Source: Polyangiales bacterium
GTDB lineage: Bacteria; Myxococcota_A; Polyangia; Polyangiales; Ga0077539
Direction of reading: 5' to 3'
NCBI GenBank assembly: GCA_044229975.1
Contig: JBGARZ010000007.1
Coordinates: forward strand, 320,001-384,000
DNA: 64,000 nucleotides
Both the position numbers and the translations under genes were made by a program. This document shows positions 19,769 through 29,486 of this stretch, piece after piece (position 1 is the first letter of the stretch; each line of letters begins with the position of its first letter). The notes under the pieces were generated by a model. That model was given only the letters and a program-made list of their open reading frames with translations. It made no database searches and had not been told where the DNA came from.

Positions 19769-21241
19769 TCAGCTCTGGTCGTCGAAGGTCACGGTGATGC
19801 CGTGGCGCGTGCGGATCTGGCTCTGCGTGGGGTTGCCCGAGTTGACCGGCGAGGCCGTCTCGAAGTTGGGCACCGACGACATGATGAGCGGTCGGTCGGG
19901 GTCGCCGTTGACGTGGATGAGCGCGACCTCGGTGCCGATGTGCAGCGGAAACTGCACGCCGTAGCCGCTGCCCGAGGCGGGCTGCGCCATGCGAATCCAG
20001 CGCGACGCCTTGCCGCCGGCCTTGCCCGCGAGGTCCCACGGGAGGATGACCTTGTAGCGGCCGTGCTCGTCGACGGGCGTCGCGCGCACGCCATCATCGG
20101 GCGCGTCGATCTTGCCGTGGATCACGCCCGCGATGCGGGGCACCGGTGTCATCCGCACCGGGCGCCACGGCACCGCGGTGGGGACGGCGGTGAACTCGTT
20201 GCGGTACGCCTGCGAGCCGCCGCTCGTGCCGATGCCCGCCTGCTGCACCGAGTGGCGGATGTCGGTGACGAAGTACTCCTGCTCCATCGCGTCGAAGTAG
20301 TGCTGCTCGACGCTGAACTTGTGCCCCGGGTGCAGGCCCCGCAGCGCCGTGACGCCCGCGTAGGTCTCGCGGTGGGCGAACAGCTCCTGCGAGCGCAGCT
20401 TGGCGATGCGCGTGCCGCCCGCGTGATCCTTGAAGTGCTCGCCGTAGTAGACGTGCTCGCCGGTGCCGGTGGTGTCGACGTCCTCCTTGGCGACGAGCTC
20501 GGTGGACGGCGTGCGGTAGTTGTAGTCGCGCACCGTGACCTTCGTGGTGACCGTGCGACGCGTTCGCGAGAGGGCCGTGATGCGCTGCTCGCCGCCCGCC
20601 GTGCCGCCGCGCGGGTCGTAGGTGAGCACCTCGTAGCCGTCGAGGTTCTGGAAGTTGTTGTTGCCGTCCGCGAAGACCAGCTTCGACCCTTCGTCGCCGT
20701 GCTCGAAGAAGTAGAAGATCCCTTCGTACTCCATCACCCGCGACAGAAACTGGAAGTCCGTCTCCTCGTACTGGACCTTGTATTCGTAGGGCTTGTACGT
20801 CTTCGAGAGCCGCAGCTCGAAGTCGTCGCCGTCGGCAAAACCAGCCTCCGTCAGCACGTCCTTGATGACCTGCGGGGCTGAGAGTTCTTGATAGACCCAC
20901 GAGCCCGCGGTGAGGGTCGTGTCGAAGAACTTCGGCACCAGGCGCAGGTGGTAGAGCACGGGTGACGGCTCGTTCATCGAGAGCATCTCGACCTCGCGGA
21001 TGACCCCGTGGATCTTGTTCTCCTCCTGGTCGCCGAAGGCGATGTACGCGCTCTTCACGAGCAGCTCTTCGACCGTGGCGAAGGACAGCGGCGTGCCGGT
21101 GGAGGTCTCCACGATGAGGTCGAACGCGTAGAGCTGCGAGAGCCCCTCGTGTCCGTCCATCTGCCGAACGTAGAGGTCCGGCGCCGACTCCGCCGTGGTG
21201 CGAAACACGACCGTGTAGTTCGAGTGGTCCTGGTCAGGCAT
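19769..21241 (-). CDS. vgrG: VgrG/TssI (gp27-like hub + gp5 OB-fold), lacking the C-terminal spike
   Basis: GHEGLSQLY, VQYEETDFQFLSRVMEYEGIFYFFEH, VRDYNYRTP, YRNEF, VDEHGRYKV, SRWIRMAQP, FPLHIGTEV, NGDPDRPLI; stops at GITVTFDDQS. Confidence 0.92.
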   Translation of the reverse strand: MPDQDHSNYTVVFRTTAESAPDLYVRQMDGHEGLSQLYAFDLIVETSTGTPLSFATVEELLVKSAYIAFGDQEENKIHGVIREVEMLSMNEPSPVLYHLRLVPKFFDTTLTAGSWVYQELSAPQVIKDVLTEAGFADGDDFELRLSKTYKPYEYKVQYEETDFQFLSRVMEYEGIFYFFEHGDEGSKLVFADGNNNFQNLDGYEVLTYDPRGGTAGGEQRITALSRTRRTVTTKVTVRDYNYRTPSTELVAKEDVDTTGTGEHVYYGEHFKDHAGGTRIAKLRSQELFAHRETYAGVTALRGLHPGHKFSVEQHYFDAMEQEYFVTDIRHSVQQAGIGTSGGSQAYRNEFTAVPTAVPWRPVRMTPVPRIAGVIHGKIDAPDDGVRATPVDEHGRYKVILPWDLAGKAGGKASRWIRMAQPASGSGYGVQFPLHIGTEVALIHVNGDPDRPLIMSSVPNFETASPVNSGNPTQSQIRTRHGITVTFDDQS

Positions 21242-21325
21242 GACGAGCACGTTACCAAAATCGGTGGTGGGTGGGTGAGGTCATCCCCCCGCCGCGAGCC
21301 TGCGATAGAGTCGTCGCCCAACCCG

Positions 21326-22816
21326 ATGCTCATCCAGAACCGCCTCGGAACGCAGTTCGAGCTGATCCTTCATCCGGGCGCGTCGGTCGGCGCCGGAGTT
21401 CCTCCGCCGTACGCGAGCGCGGAGGCCTTCATGTCGACCTTCACCGCCGCGCAGCGCGCGGAGATGATGCGCTCGCTCGGCGGCAACGCGGCCTTCCCTT
21501 CGCTCGACCCCATCGCGCTGCGCAACATCAACACCGACGAGGGCGCCTCGACCACGCTGGCGCGCATGCTGCGAAGCCGGCAGATCGGGTTTCGTCACCC
21601 CGTCGCCGCGACGGGTCCGCGGGTGGCCTCCGCCAACGCTGGAGCGCAGGGTCAGCCGGCGAGCAAGGCGCCCGCGGCGCCTCCGCCCGCGGCGCGCCCG
21701 GAGGTGGTGTGCGAGCTGCTCACGGCCGAAGCCGCGTGCGCGCACAACGCCCGCAAGGCCAACCGCAGCGGTCTTCTGGAGGTGGTGCCGGGGCGCTCGG
21801 ACGACCTCATCCAGCTCAAGTCGACGCTGCGCGGCGGGTGCGGCAAGCACTCGCGCTGGGAGATCCGCGCGCCGTTTTCGTCGGAGACGAAGACGGGCGT
21901 GACGTCGTCCTTCGTGGCGAAGAGCTGGGGCCTGAAGACCATGGGCATCTTCGAGGTGCTGCCCAAGTCGTACTACGTCAACGCGACGGCCTGCTCGGGG
22001 GCGACGAAGCAGTTCGAGGTGCGCGCGTACCCCATCGACGAGTGGGAGCTGAGCTTCGCCATCGACCTGAAGAAGCCGCCGACGCAGTGGGACGTCGAGG
22101 TGAAGATCACCCCGTGGGAAGACACCTCGCTCACGCTGAAGACCGAGGCGCTGAAGCGATTCACCGACCGCACCGAGCGCATGCGGTGGGCGCTCGACAA
22201 GGTGATGGTCCCGCTGGTCGGCAAGCAGGGGGACTGGGAGTTCTTCAAGACCAAGCTGAAGTTCAGCGGCAAGTGGGTGGAGAACGAGAGCGACCACCGC
22301 GCCTACTACAAGTACACGGCGGGGCTCGAACTCGACCCGCTGCTGAAGGGCTACTTCCTCATCCCCTTCGGCCCCACCGCGGCCATCCCCGGGTGGATCA
22401 AGAAGTGGACGACCGACCTCATCGGCGACCTCTACCTGTATTTGAAGTTCGAGGGCGAGGTGAAGCTCTTCGGCTCGTGGAGCCGCACCAGCCCCGACGA
22501 GTCCAAGGCCCAGGTCGAGGGCTCCGGCAAGATCGGCGTGAAGGCAGGCGGCAACCTCTTCCTGATGAAGAAGGGCGCGCTCAACCTCGACGTCAACGGT
22601 GGCACCAGCATCACGGCCGAGGCGAAGGCGCCGGTGTCGAAGACGCCCGCCATCGAGTACGACCTGAAGTGGGGCGGCCTGGAGATCGAGCTCACCATCG
22701 AGGCCGCCTGGGGGCTCGTCGAGTACAAGCGCAAGTGGAAGCCCATCGACGGCTTCTCGCTCCTGGAGAAGATGCTCGGGCGCAAGCCCGACCCCTGGTA
22801 TCCGCTCGGCAAGTAG
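21326..22816 (+). CDS. Hypothetical protein divergent from vgrG, beta-rich C-terminal half
   Basis: Strong coding-like codon bias from ATG 21326; the upstream part of the track ORF overlaps vgrG and is not credible. Confidence 0.75.
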   Translation: MLIQNRLGTQFELILHPGASVGAGVPPPYASAEAFMSTFTAAQRAEMMRSLGGNAAFPSLDPIALRNINTDEGASTTLARMLRSRQIGFRHPVAATGPRVASANAGAQGQPASKAPAAPPPAARPEVVCELLTAEAACAHNARKANRSGLLEVVPGRSDDLIQLKSTLRGGCGKHSRWEIRAPFSSETKTGVTSSFVAKSWGLKTMGIFEVLPKSYYVNATACSGATKQFEVRAYPIDEWELSFAIDLKKPPTQWDVEVKITPWEDTSLTLKTEALKRFTDRTERMRWALDKVMVPLVGKQGDWEFFKTKLKFSGKWVENESDHRAYYKYTAGLELDPLLKGYFLIPFGPTAAIPGWIKKWTTDLIGDLYLYLKFEGEVKLFGSWSRTSPDESKAQVEGSGKIGVKAGGNLFLMKKGALNLDVNGGTSITAEAKAPVSKTPAIEYDLKWGGLEIELTIEAAWGLVEYKRKWKPIDGFSLLEKMLGRKPDPWYPLGK

Positions 22817-22843
22817 ACACCACCACGGCTCGCAACTGTCTAC

Positions 22844-22872
22844 TTGACACTGTAACTGTCACGATGCATTCT
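22844..22872 (+). promoter_or_regulatory. Sigma70-type promoter with overlapping TGACA-N7-TGTCA operator
   Basis: TTGACA (22844-22849), 17 bp, CATTCT (22867-22872); inverted repeat at 22845-22861; AACTGTC direct repeats at 22834 and 22854. Confidence 0.6.
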
Positions 22873-22879
22873 CCGCGTC

Positions 22880-23341
22880 GTGGTGGACCAACGACGACAG
22901 TCCCGATGGAAGCTGGACGAGCTCGCCGAGCGGGCCGGGGTCTCTCCCCGCACGGTGCGGTACTACGTTCAGCGGGGGTTGCTCCCGGCGCCTGAGTTTC
23001 GCGGGCCCGACACGGCCTACGGCGACGAGCACCTCGCGCGGCTCAAGGCGATCCGGGCGCTTCAGGAGAAGCACCTCCCGCTCGATGCCATTCAAGAGAT
23101 GCTCGACTCGCGCTCGGCCGCGGAGGTCGCTCGCATCGGCCGGGGAGAGCTACCCCCCGGTGTCGATGTGACAGCGCCGCTGTCGCGATCGCCCGCGGTC
23201 ACCACCCACACGGAGAACCTGACGCGCCACGTGATCGCGCCCGGGCTCGAACTCCTCATCACGGACACGGCGTCGCCCGAGGTTCGGGCGCTCGCCGAGA
23301 GGTTGCTGCGAGAGGCAGCGCGAAGGGAAGGCTCACGATGA
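22880..23341 (+). CDS. MerR-family HTH regulator
   Basis: WKLDELAERAGVSPRTVRYYVQRGLLPAP...YGDEHLARL. Confidence 0.88.
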   Translation: MVDQRRQSRWKLDELAERAGVSPRTVRYYVQRGLLPAPEFRGPDTAYGDEHLARLKAIRALQEKHLPLDAIQEMLDSRSAAEVARIGRGELPPGVDVTAPLSRSPAVTTHTENLTRHVIAPGLELLITDTASPEVRALAERLLREAARREGSR

Positions 23342-25851
23342 CCAGCGCAGGACTGTGTTCGAAGCAGGGCGACGCGATTCCGTTGAAGGGCGTCGAGGTC
23401 GAGGGCGAGGTGCTCGGCGCCCACGCGCGCGTTCGGGTGCGGCAGCGCTACTGCAACGAGAGGCGCACGGCGCTGGAGGCGGTGTACACGTTTCCGTTGC
23501 CCGCCGACGCGACGCTCACGGCCTTCGCGATGACCTGTGACGGGCGACGCCTCGATGGCACCGTGAAGGAGCGCGAGGCCGCGTTCCGCGCGTACGACGA
23601 CGCGCTCGTGGCGGGTCACGGCGCCGCGCTGCTGGAGCAGGAGCGACCCAACGTCTTCACCGCGAGCGTGGGCAACCTGCTGCCGGGCGAAGAGACGCTG
23701 GTCGAGGTCGAGTACGTGCAGCGGGTCGCCGCCGACGAAGGATCACTGCGCTGGATGATCCCGACACTCGTCGCCCCGCGGTACATCCCGGGCACGCCGA
23801 CGGGTGACCGCACGGCGCATGGGGAGAGCGCGCCGACTGATCGCGTTCCGGATGCGGATCGCATCACGCCGCCGCGGGTGGCGGAGGTTCCGTACGGGCT
23901 GCGGCTCGACCTGACCTTCGACCTCGGGCGGCCAGTGACGGTGGAGTCGCCCTCGCACGCCATCACCGCGACCACCGAGGGGGCGAAGGTGCGGGTGCGT
24001 TTCGCGCAGTCGGAGGTGGCGCTCGACCGCGACGTGGTGCTGACGGCGCGCGGTTCGGCGGCGGGGCTGAAGCAGGGCGCTGGCGTGGTGGCGCATCGGG
24101 CTGCGGGCAAGGAGGGCTACCTCTCGCTGTCGGTGGTGCCCGATCTGTTCGGTGACGAACGAAGTGCGATGCCCACGTCGACGGTGGTCTTCGTGGTGGA
24201 TGTATCGGGGTCGATGGCGGGCGCGTCGATCATCGAGGCGAAGCGCGCGCTGCGGCTGTGTCTGCGGCACCTGCGGGCGGGTGATCGCTTCAACGTGATC
24301 GCGTTCAACAACTCGCACTGGTCGTTTGCGCCGCGGGTGGCGGAGTTTACGCAGGACGCGCTGGCGAAGGCCGACCAGTGGATCGAGGCGCTCGCTCCCA
24401 ACGGCGGCACGGAGATGCTCGGTCCGTTGACGGAGGCGATCACGCTGGCGGAGGGCGGCGTGGTGATGCTGCTCACCGACGGCGAGGTGGGCAACGAGGA
24501 CGAGATCGCGCAGGCCGTGATGAAGCGCCGCGGCGAGTCGCGCTCGCGGGTGTACTCGTTCGGCATCGGAACCAACGTGAGCGAAGCCCTCCTGCGCGAC
24601 CTCGCGCGAGAGACGGGCGGCGCGGTGGAGTTCATCCACCCCGGTGAGCGCATCGACGAGAAGGTGGTGGCGCAGTTTGCGCGGGCGGTGGCGCCGCGGG
24701 TGACGGACGTGACGGTGCGCTTCGTCGGCGCGGACGTCGGCGAGCTGGCGCCGGGGCGGGTGCCCGATCTGGTGGATGGCGAGCCGTGGTCGGTGCTCGG
24801 GCGGTATGCGCGCGGTGGCGGCGGGACGGTGGAGATCGACGGGCGCTTTCAGGGGAAGGCGTTTGCGATGAGGGTTCCGCTCGACCTGCCGGACGAGGTG
24901 TCGCGGCCGGTGGTGGCGAAGCTCTGGGCCGCAGAGCGCATCCGCGATCTGGAGAGCGTGAAGGTCGAGGGGCGGCGGGGCGAGGCGATGAAGGCGCGCA
25001 TCACGGAGCTGGCGGTGGAGCACGGCATCGCGTCGCGGTTCACGAGCTTCGTGGTGGTGGAGCAGCGTACGGGCGACCGGCGCACGAGCGGGATGCCGGA
25101 CACCGCGGTGGTGCCGGTGGGGCTGCCTGCGGGGTGGGCGATGTTCGAGGGGGGCGAGCAGGAGCGTGGGGCGCCGTACGGCGGCGGTGGGGTGAGGAGC
25201 AAGCGCGCGGCACCTCCGATGGCGGCGATGAAGAAGATGGCCGCACGGCCGGTGATGGCGGCGGCGCCTGCTGCGATGCCTTCGCTGGGGCGTCGGGTGT
25301 TGGCGGCGATGGCACCGGGTGCGCCGCCTCCGCCGCCCGCAGCGGCACCGGCTCCCATGGCGCAGGCAGCGATGCCGGCGCCGAAGGGTGGGAGCTTCGA
25401 TCGGATGGAAGCCGATGAGGGCTTCGCCATGGCCGACGAGGCGGCGCCGAAGAGGGAGCGTGCGCGTGATGGTGGCGACCTCGGTGGGCTCTTCGGTCGG
25501 CAGCTCGCGTCGGGGCTGTGGGACGACACTTCGCTCGGCGCGGACGGCGACGTACGACGGTTGCGGGCGACCGTGGCGGTGCTGCGCGCGCTGCTGGCGG
25601 AGGGCGTCGACACGGCGCACGCGCTCTACGGAGCGCAGGTGCGGAAGGCGATCGAGGCGGTGGTGGCCGCGGCCGGAGTGACCGACCGCGCGCTGGTCGA
25701 GCAGGCCCTCGGACTCGCGTGGTTGCTGGCGACGGGAGCGCGGACGCGGAGCGCCGTCGAAGGGGCCGTCGCGAAGGCGGGGTTCACCGAGCTGGCCGCG
25801 CGGGTGAAGGAGCCCGCGAAGCTGCGCGAGTGGGTGGTAGCGGTGGCGTAG
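23338..25851 (+). CDS. VIT + vWA domain protein
   Basis: EAVYTFPLP, LLEQERPNVFTASVGNL, MIDAS DVSGSM, GGTEM, LLTDG, FGIG; ATGA overlap with the MerR gene. Confidence 0.92.
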   Translation: MTSAGLCSKQGDAIPLKGVEVEGEVLGAHARVRVRQRYCNERRTALEAVYTFPLPADATLTAFAMTCDGRRLDGTVKEREAAFRAYDDALVAGHGAALLEQERPNVFTASVGNLLPGEETLVEVEYVQRVAADEGSLRWMIPTLVAPRYIPGTPTGDRTAHGESAPTDRVPDADRITPPRVAEVPYGLRLDLTFDLGRPVTVESPSHAITATTEGAKVRVRFAQSEVALDRDVVLTARGSAAGLKQGAGVVAHRAAGKEGYLSLSVVPDLFGDERSAMPTSTVVFVVDVSGSMAGASIIEAKRALRLCLRHLRAGDRFNVIAFNNSHWSFAPRVAEFTQDALAKADQWIEALAPNGGTEMLGPLTEAITLAEGGVVMLLTDGEVGNEDEIAQAVMKRRGESRSRVYSFGIGTNVSEALLRDLARETGGAVEFIHPGERIDEKVVAQFARAVAPRVTDVTVRFVGADVGELAPGRVPDLVDGEPWSVLGRYARGGGGTVEIDGRFQGKAFAMRVPLDLPDEVSRPVVAKLWAAERIRDLESVKVEGRRGEAMKARITELAVEHGIASRFTSFVVVEQRTGDRRTSGMPDTAVVPVGLPAGWAMFEGGEQERGAPYGGGGVRSKRAAPPMAAMKKMAARPVMAAAPAAMPSLGRRVLAAMAPGAPPPPPAAAPAPMAQAAMPAPKGGSFDRMEADEGFAMADEAAPKRERARDGGDLGGLFGRQLASGLWDDTSLGADGDVRRLRATVAVLRALLAEGVDTAHALYGAQVRKAIEAVVAAAGVTDRALVEQALGLAWLLATGARTRSAVEGAVAKAGFTELAARVKEPAKLREWVVAVA

Positions 25852-25907
25852 GGGGCCGGTTGGGGGGGGACTGACTGCGAGAGAGCGTCGGGCGTAGCGT
25901 TCCGGGG

Positions 25908-27098
25908 ATGAGTGCTTATCGGTCGACGCTCGGGGCCTGGTGGTTGATCGCGGTCGTCGCGGGTTGCGACTCTCAGGCTTCCACCATTGTGGCAGCGGCT
26001 CCGAGCGATGCGTGGAGGAACGAGACACCAACCCAGGTACGAGTCGACGACTGCGACCCACGGTTGTTCGGCGCGGAGGTCGCCGACGCGGGTGTCAAAG
26101 GACCCGGTGATACCTACGACTATGTCCTCGATCGGGTGATCATCGACGAGCCCGCCGAGCCTCCGACCGCCCGCGGTTTCTACGGCTTCAATCTCGACGG
26201 TCGCAGTTCTCCCGAGGTCGCCAATCTCCAGCAGAACGCCGACTGCTCCTCCGGCGACTACCTCTCGGTCGTCGACCCCGACCAGAACGAAGTTACCTGT
26301 GGTGACAGCGTGCCCGGAGGCGGACGCGGTTGTCGCGGCGGCGTCGACAACCAGCTTCCCAGCTTCATCGGACTCATTCAGCTTGGAGAGGCGTTTGGGC
26401 ACCTCGGGACTGGTCAGACGTCCCAACCGCGCCTGAACGTGTCCGGCTTCATCAACCAACAGATCGACGCAGGGCGGTACGCGGCGCTCATCCGGGTCGC
26501 GGGCGTGCATGGGACGCTCGGGTCGTCGTTGAACGACCCGTCCGTGGTGATCCGCGTGTATCCCGTCGCGCGGCCTGCATTCCAGGACTGCGGGAGCCTC
26601 GAGCGGCCGGGGCAGGAATACGCAGTTGACGACACCTCGTTGCGCGAGCGTGGCAACGTCCAAGCGCCCGTGTTGGAGTACCCCGGCTGCATCCTGCGGG
26701 GGCGTCTTCGGCAGAGGACCTCGGGGCTGACACGCGCGGCGACACCGATGTTCCTGCCGCTGGCGGATGGCGTGCGTGTGCCGTTGCGTGACCTGCATCT
26801 GCGCATCGACCTGACAGAGGACGGCGGCGTGAGAGGCAACCTCGGAGGGGTCGTGCTCACGTCCGACCTTGAGCTGGCACTTGCCACGTTCTACCGAGGG
26901 CCGGAGCTCGTACCTCCGAATTGGGGGTCTCTCGCCAACGCATTCGCCGATCTTCCTGGTCCCTTCCAAGACGACCTGTGGTCATGTTGGAACGGCGTCG
27001 GAGCGATGAGCGTCGGCCTCGGCTTCACCGCCCTCCGCGCCAACGTCCAACCGACCACCGTCTCCGGTCCGATCCCTGGCGCCTGCGGCTCTCCATAA
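25908..27098 (+). CDS. Hypothetical lipoprotein
   Basis: Lipobox VAGC; GFNLDG and GGVDNQL motifs seen in myxobacterial lipoproteins. Confidence 0.65.
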   Translation: MSAYRSTLGAWWLIAVVAGCDSQASTIVAAAPSDAWRNETPTQVRVDDCDPRLFGAEVADAGVKGPGDTYDYVLDRVIIDEPAEPPTARGFYGFNLDGRSSPEVANLQQNADCSSGDYLSVVDPDQNEVTCGDSVPGGGRGCRGGVDNQLPSFIGLIQLGEAFGHLGTGQTSQPRLNVSGFINQQIDAGRYAALIRVAGVHGTLGSSLNDPSVVIRVYPVARPAFQDCGSLERPGQEYAVDDTSLRERGNVQAPVLEYPGCILRGRLRQRTSGLTRAATPMFLPLADGVRVPLRDLHLRIDLTEDGGVRGNLGGVVLTSDLELALATFYRGPELVPPNWGSLANAFADLPGPFQDDLWSCWNGVGAMSVGLGFTALRANVQPTTVSGPIPGACGSP

Positions 27099-27135
27099 AG
27101 CTGCATCCGCCGCGCGATGCGGATAGACCCAGCGC

Positions 27136-29472
27136 GTGACCCTCGGCCTCCCGCCAACCCCCGAAGACGAGTACCTCTGGGGCTGGGACGCCACCCCCGC
27201 CATCGTCTCCGTCTGGGCCGATCACGACGGCCGCGCCCACGTCTGGCGTCGCACGCCCACCGGCATCTCCTACGAGCCCGCGCGCTTCCGCCCGTGGGCG
27301 CTGCTCGCCTCGCTCGACGACATCGTCTCCCCGTCACTCCCGCGCGGCGTCACCTGGCGCGAGCTCCGCGGCGACGGCCCGCTGCGCTTCCTCGTCGAGG
27401 CCGATGCCTCCCGCGACCTCACCGCGGCCATCCTCCGCAACGCCTCGCGCCGCACCGGACGCACCCTCCAGCGCCTCTCCGAGCTCGATGACGGCACCGT
27501 GCTCTCGCTCCCACCCGAGGAGCAGTACCTCGTCGCCACCGGCCGAACCCACTTCCGCGACCTCGCCTTCGACGACCTCCACCGCCTCGCCTTCGACCTC
27601 GAAACCACCGGCCTCGACCCCGCCCACCATCGCGTCTTCCTCGTCGCCATCCGCGACAACCGCGGCCTCGCCACGACCCTCGAAGTCGCCGACGCCTCCG
27701 ACGCCGCCGAAGCACAGCTCCTCCGCGACCTCGTCGCGCTCATCAAGACCCGCGACCCCGACGTCATCGAGAACCACAACCTCCACGGCTTCGACCTCCC
27801 CTTCATCGCGACCCGCGCTCGCGCGCTCGGCGTCCCGCTCACCTTCGGTCGCTTGCCCAGCGTTCGACTCGCGCCTCGCCCCGGACCGCGCGGCAAGACC
27901 CGCTACACCATCCCGGGCAGGGAGCTCATCGACACGCTCGACGCCGTTCGCCGCCACGACTTCTCGGCGCGCGACCTCCCTGGTCACGGCCTGAAAGCCG
28001 TCGCGAAGCACTTCGGGCTCGCGGGTCCTGATCGCGAGTACGTTGCTGGATCGAAGGTCTACGCGACCTGGCTCAGCGACCCCGCGCGGGTGCGCCGCTA
28101 CGCCCTCGACGACACCGCCGAGGCCATGGGACTCGCGCGCGTTCTCGGTGGTGCGGCCTTCGCGTTGGCCCGCATGGCGCCGCGTCGCTACGAGCGCCTC
28201 GCAGACGCCGGCCCCGCCACGGGTGTGCTCGACCCGCTCCTGGTGAGGGCGTACGTGCGCGCCGACACCGCGCTCCCCGCGCGCTCCGAGGGCGACGGAA
28301 CCGTCCACACCGGCGCCGCCCTCTACCTCTTCGCAGCCGGCGTGGCGAAGCGCATCGTGAAGGCCGACGTCGCGAGCCTGTACCCCTCGCTCATGCGGCA
28401 GTACCGCATCGGACCGCGCGGCGACGGCCTCGGCGCGCTGCTCGCACTGGTCGATCGCCTCGTCGAGCAACGACTCGCGGCGAAGGCGCGCGGTCGCGCG
28501 GCGCCGCACGGCTCCAACGAGCGGTACACCGACGAGGCGCTGTCGGCGGCGATGAAGATCCTCGTCAACTCGGCCTACGGCTATCTCGGCGCGGTCGGGC
28601 TCACGCGCTTCGCGGACGTGCACGCGGCCAACGAGGTCACGCGGCGCGGTCGCGAGGTGCTCGATCGCGTTTGCGCGGCGCTGGCCGAGCGCGGCGTGAC
28701 GCTGCTGGAGGGGGACACCGACGGCGTGTACTTCGCCGTTCCCGAGGAGTGGAGCGAGGAGGACGAGCGGCGCGTGGTGCGCGAGGTCGGAGAACTGCTA
28801 CCGCCGCTGGTGCGGTTGGAGTTCGACGGGCGCTACGCCGCGATGCTCTCGCACGAGCCCAAGAACTACGCGCTGCTCGGCTACGACGGAAAGCTGCTGC
28901 TGCGCGGGGTGGCCTTCCGATCGAGCCGCTCGGAGGCGTATGGGGAGCGCTTCCTGCGCGAGGCGGCGGGCTGTCTGCTGGCGGGCGACGTGAAGGGCGC
29001 GCGGGCCGCGTACCGGGCGACGGTGACGGCGGTGCGGGCGCGGGCGCTGCCGACGTCGGACGTGGCGATGCGGGTGCGGCTGACGAAGGAGACGGCAGCG
29101 TACGTGGCGACGCGCCATCGCCGAAAGGAGCTGCCCTACGAGGCGGTGCTGACCAACGGGCGCACGACGTGGGCGGTGGGCGAGCGGGTGCGGATCTACC
29201 GGGCGACGGGTGGTCGCGCGGGGCTGCTGACGGAGGCGGAGGAGGGCGGCGACGAGGGCGCGGTCGACGCGAGGGACTACGACGTGGAGCACTACGTGCG
29301 GGTGCTGCGCGACGGGTACGCGACGCGGCTGGCGCGGGCGTTTTCGCCGGAGGGGTTCAGGGCGCTCTTCGACGACCCCGACCAGCCGTCGCTGTTTGCG
29401 CGGCTCGACGAGCTGGTGCAGCCGCGGCTGACGGTGTGTCGCGCGCCGCCGCGGTTGCGCGAGGGGGAGTAG
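27136..29472 (+). CDS. polB: Family B DNA polymerase with 3'-5' exonuclease domain
   Basis: ExoI FDLETTG, ExoII NHNLHGFDLPF, ExoIII YALDD; polymerase motifs DVASLYPS, KILVNSAYG, GDTDG, KNY. Confidence 0.9.
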   Translation: MTLGLPPTPEDEYLWGWDATPAIVSVWADHDGRAHVWRRTPTGISYEPARFRPWALLASLDDIVSPSLPRGVTWRELRGDGPLRFLVEADASRDLTAAILRNASRRTGRTLQRLSELDDGTVLSLPPEEQYLVATGRTHFRDLAFDDLHRLAFDLETTGLDPAHHRVFLVAIRDNRGLATTLEVADASDAAEAQLLRDLVALIKTRDPDVIENHNLHGFDLPFIATRARALGVPLTFGRLPSVRLAPRPGPRGKTRYTIPGRELIDTLDAVRRHDFSARDLPGHGLKAVAKHFGLAGPDREYVAGSKVYATWLSDPARVRRYALDDTAEAMGLARVLGGAAFALARMAPRRYERLADAGPATGVLDPLLVRAYVRADTALPARSEGDGTVHTGAALYLFAAGVAKRIVKADVASLYPSLMRQYRIGPRGDGLGALLALVDRLVEQRLAAKARGRAAPHGSNERYTDEALSAAMKILVNSAYGYLGAVGLTRFADVHAANEVTRRGREVLDRVCAALAERGVTLLEGDTDGVYFAVPEEWSEEDERRVVREVGELLPPLVRLEFDGRYAAMLSHEPKNYALLGYDGKLLLRGVAFRSSRSEAYGERFLREAAGCLLAGDVKGARAAYRATVTAVRARALPTSDVAMRVRLTKETAAYVATRHRRKELPYEAVLTNGRTTWAVGERVRIYRATGGRAGLLTEAEEGGDEGAVDARDYDVEHYVRVLRDGYATRLARAFSPEGFRALFDDPDQPSLFARLDELVQPRLTVCRAPPRLREGE

Positions 29473-29486
29473 TGGAGAGCGAGCGG

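Noticed and set aside
5081..22816. Complete T6SS or eCIS gene cluster
   Set aside because: No Hcp/tube, sheath, baseplate or membrane-complex genes in the window; this is an auxiliary spike locus only.
27136..29472. PolB as the marker of a casposon, pipolin or phage
   Set aside because: No cas1, integrase, terminal repeats or phage genes nearby; codon usage is host-like.
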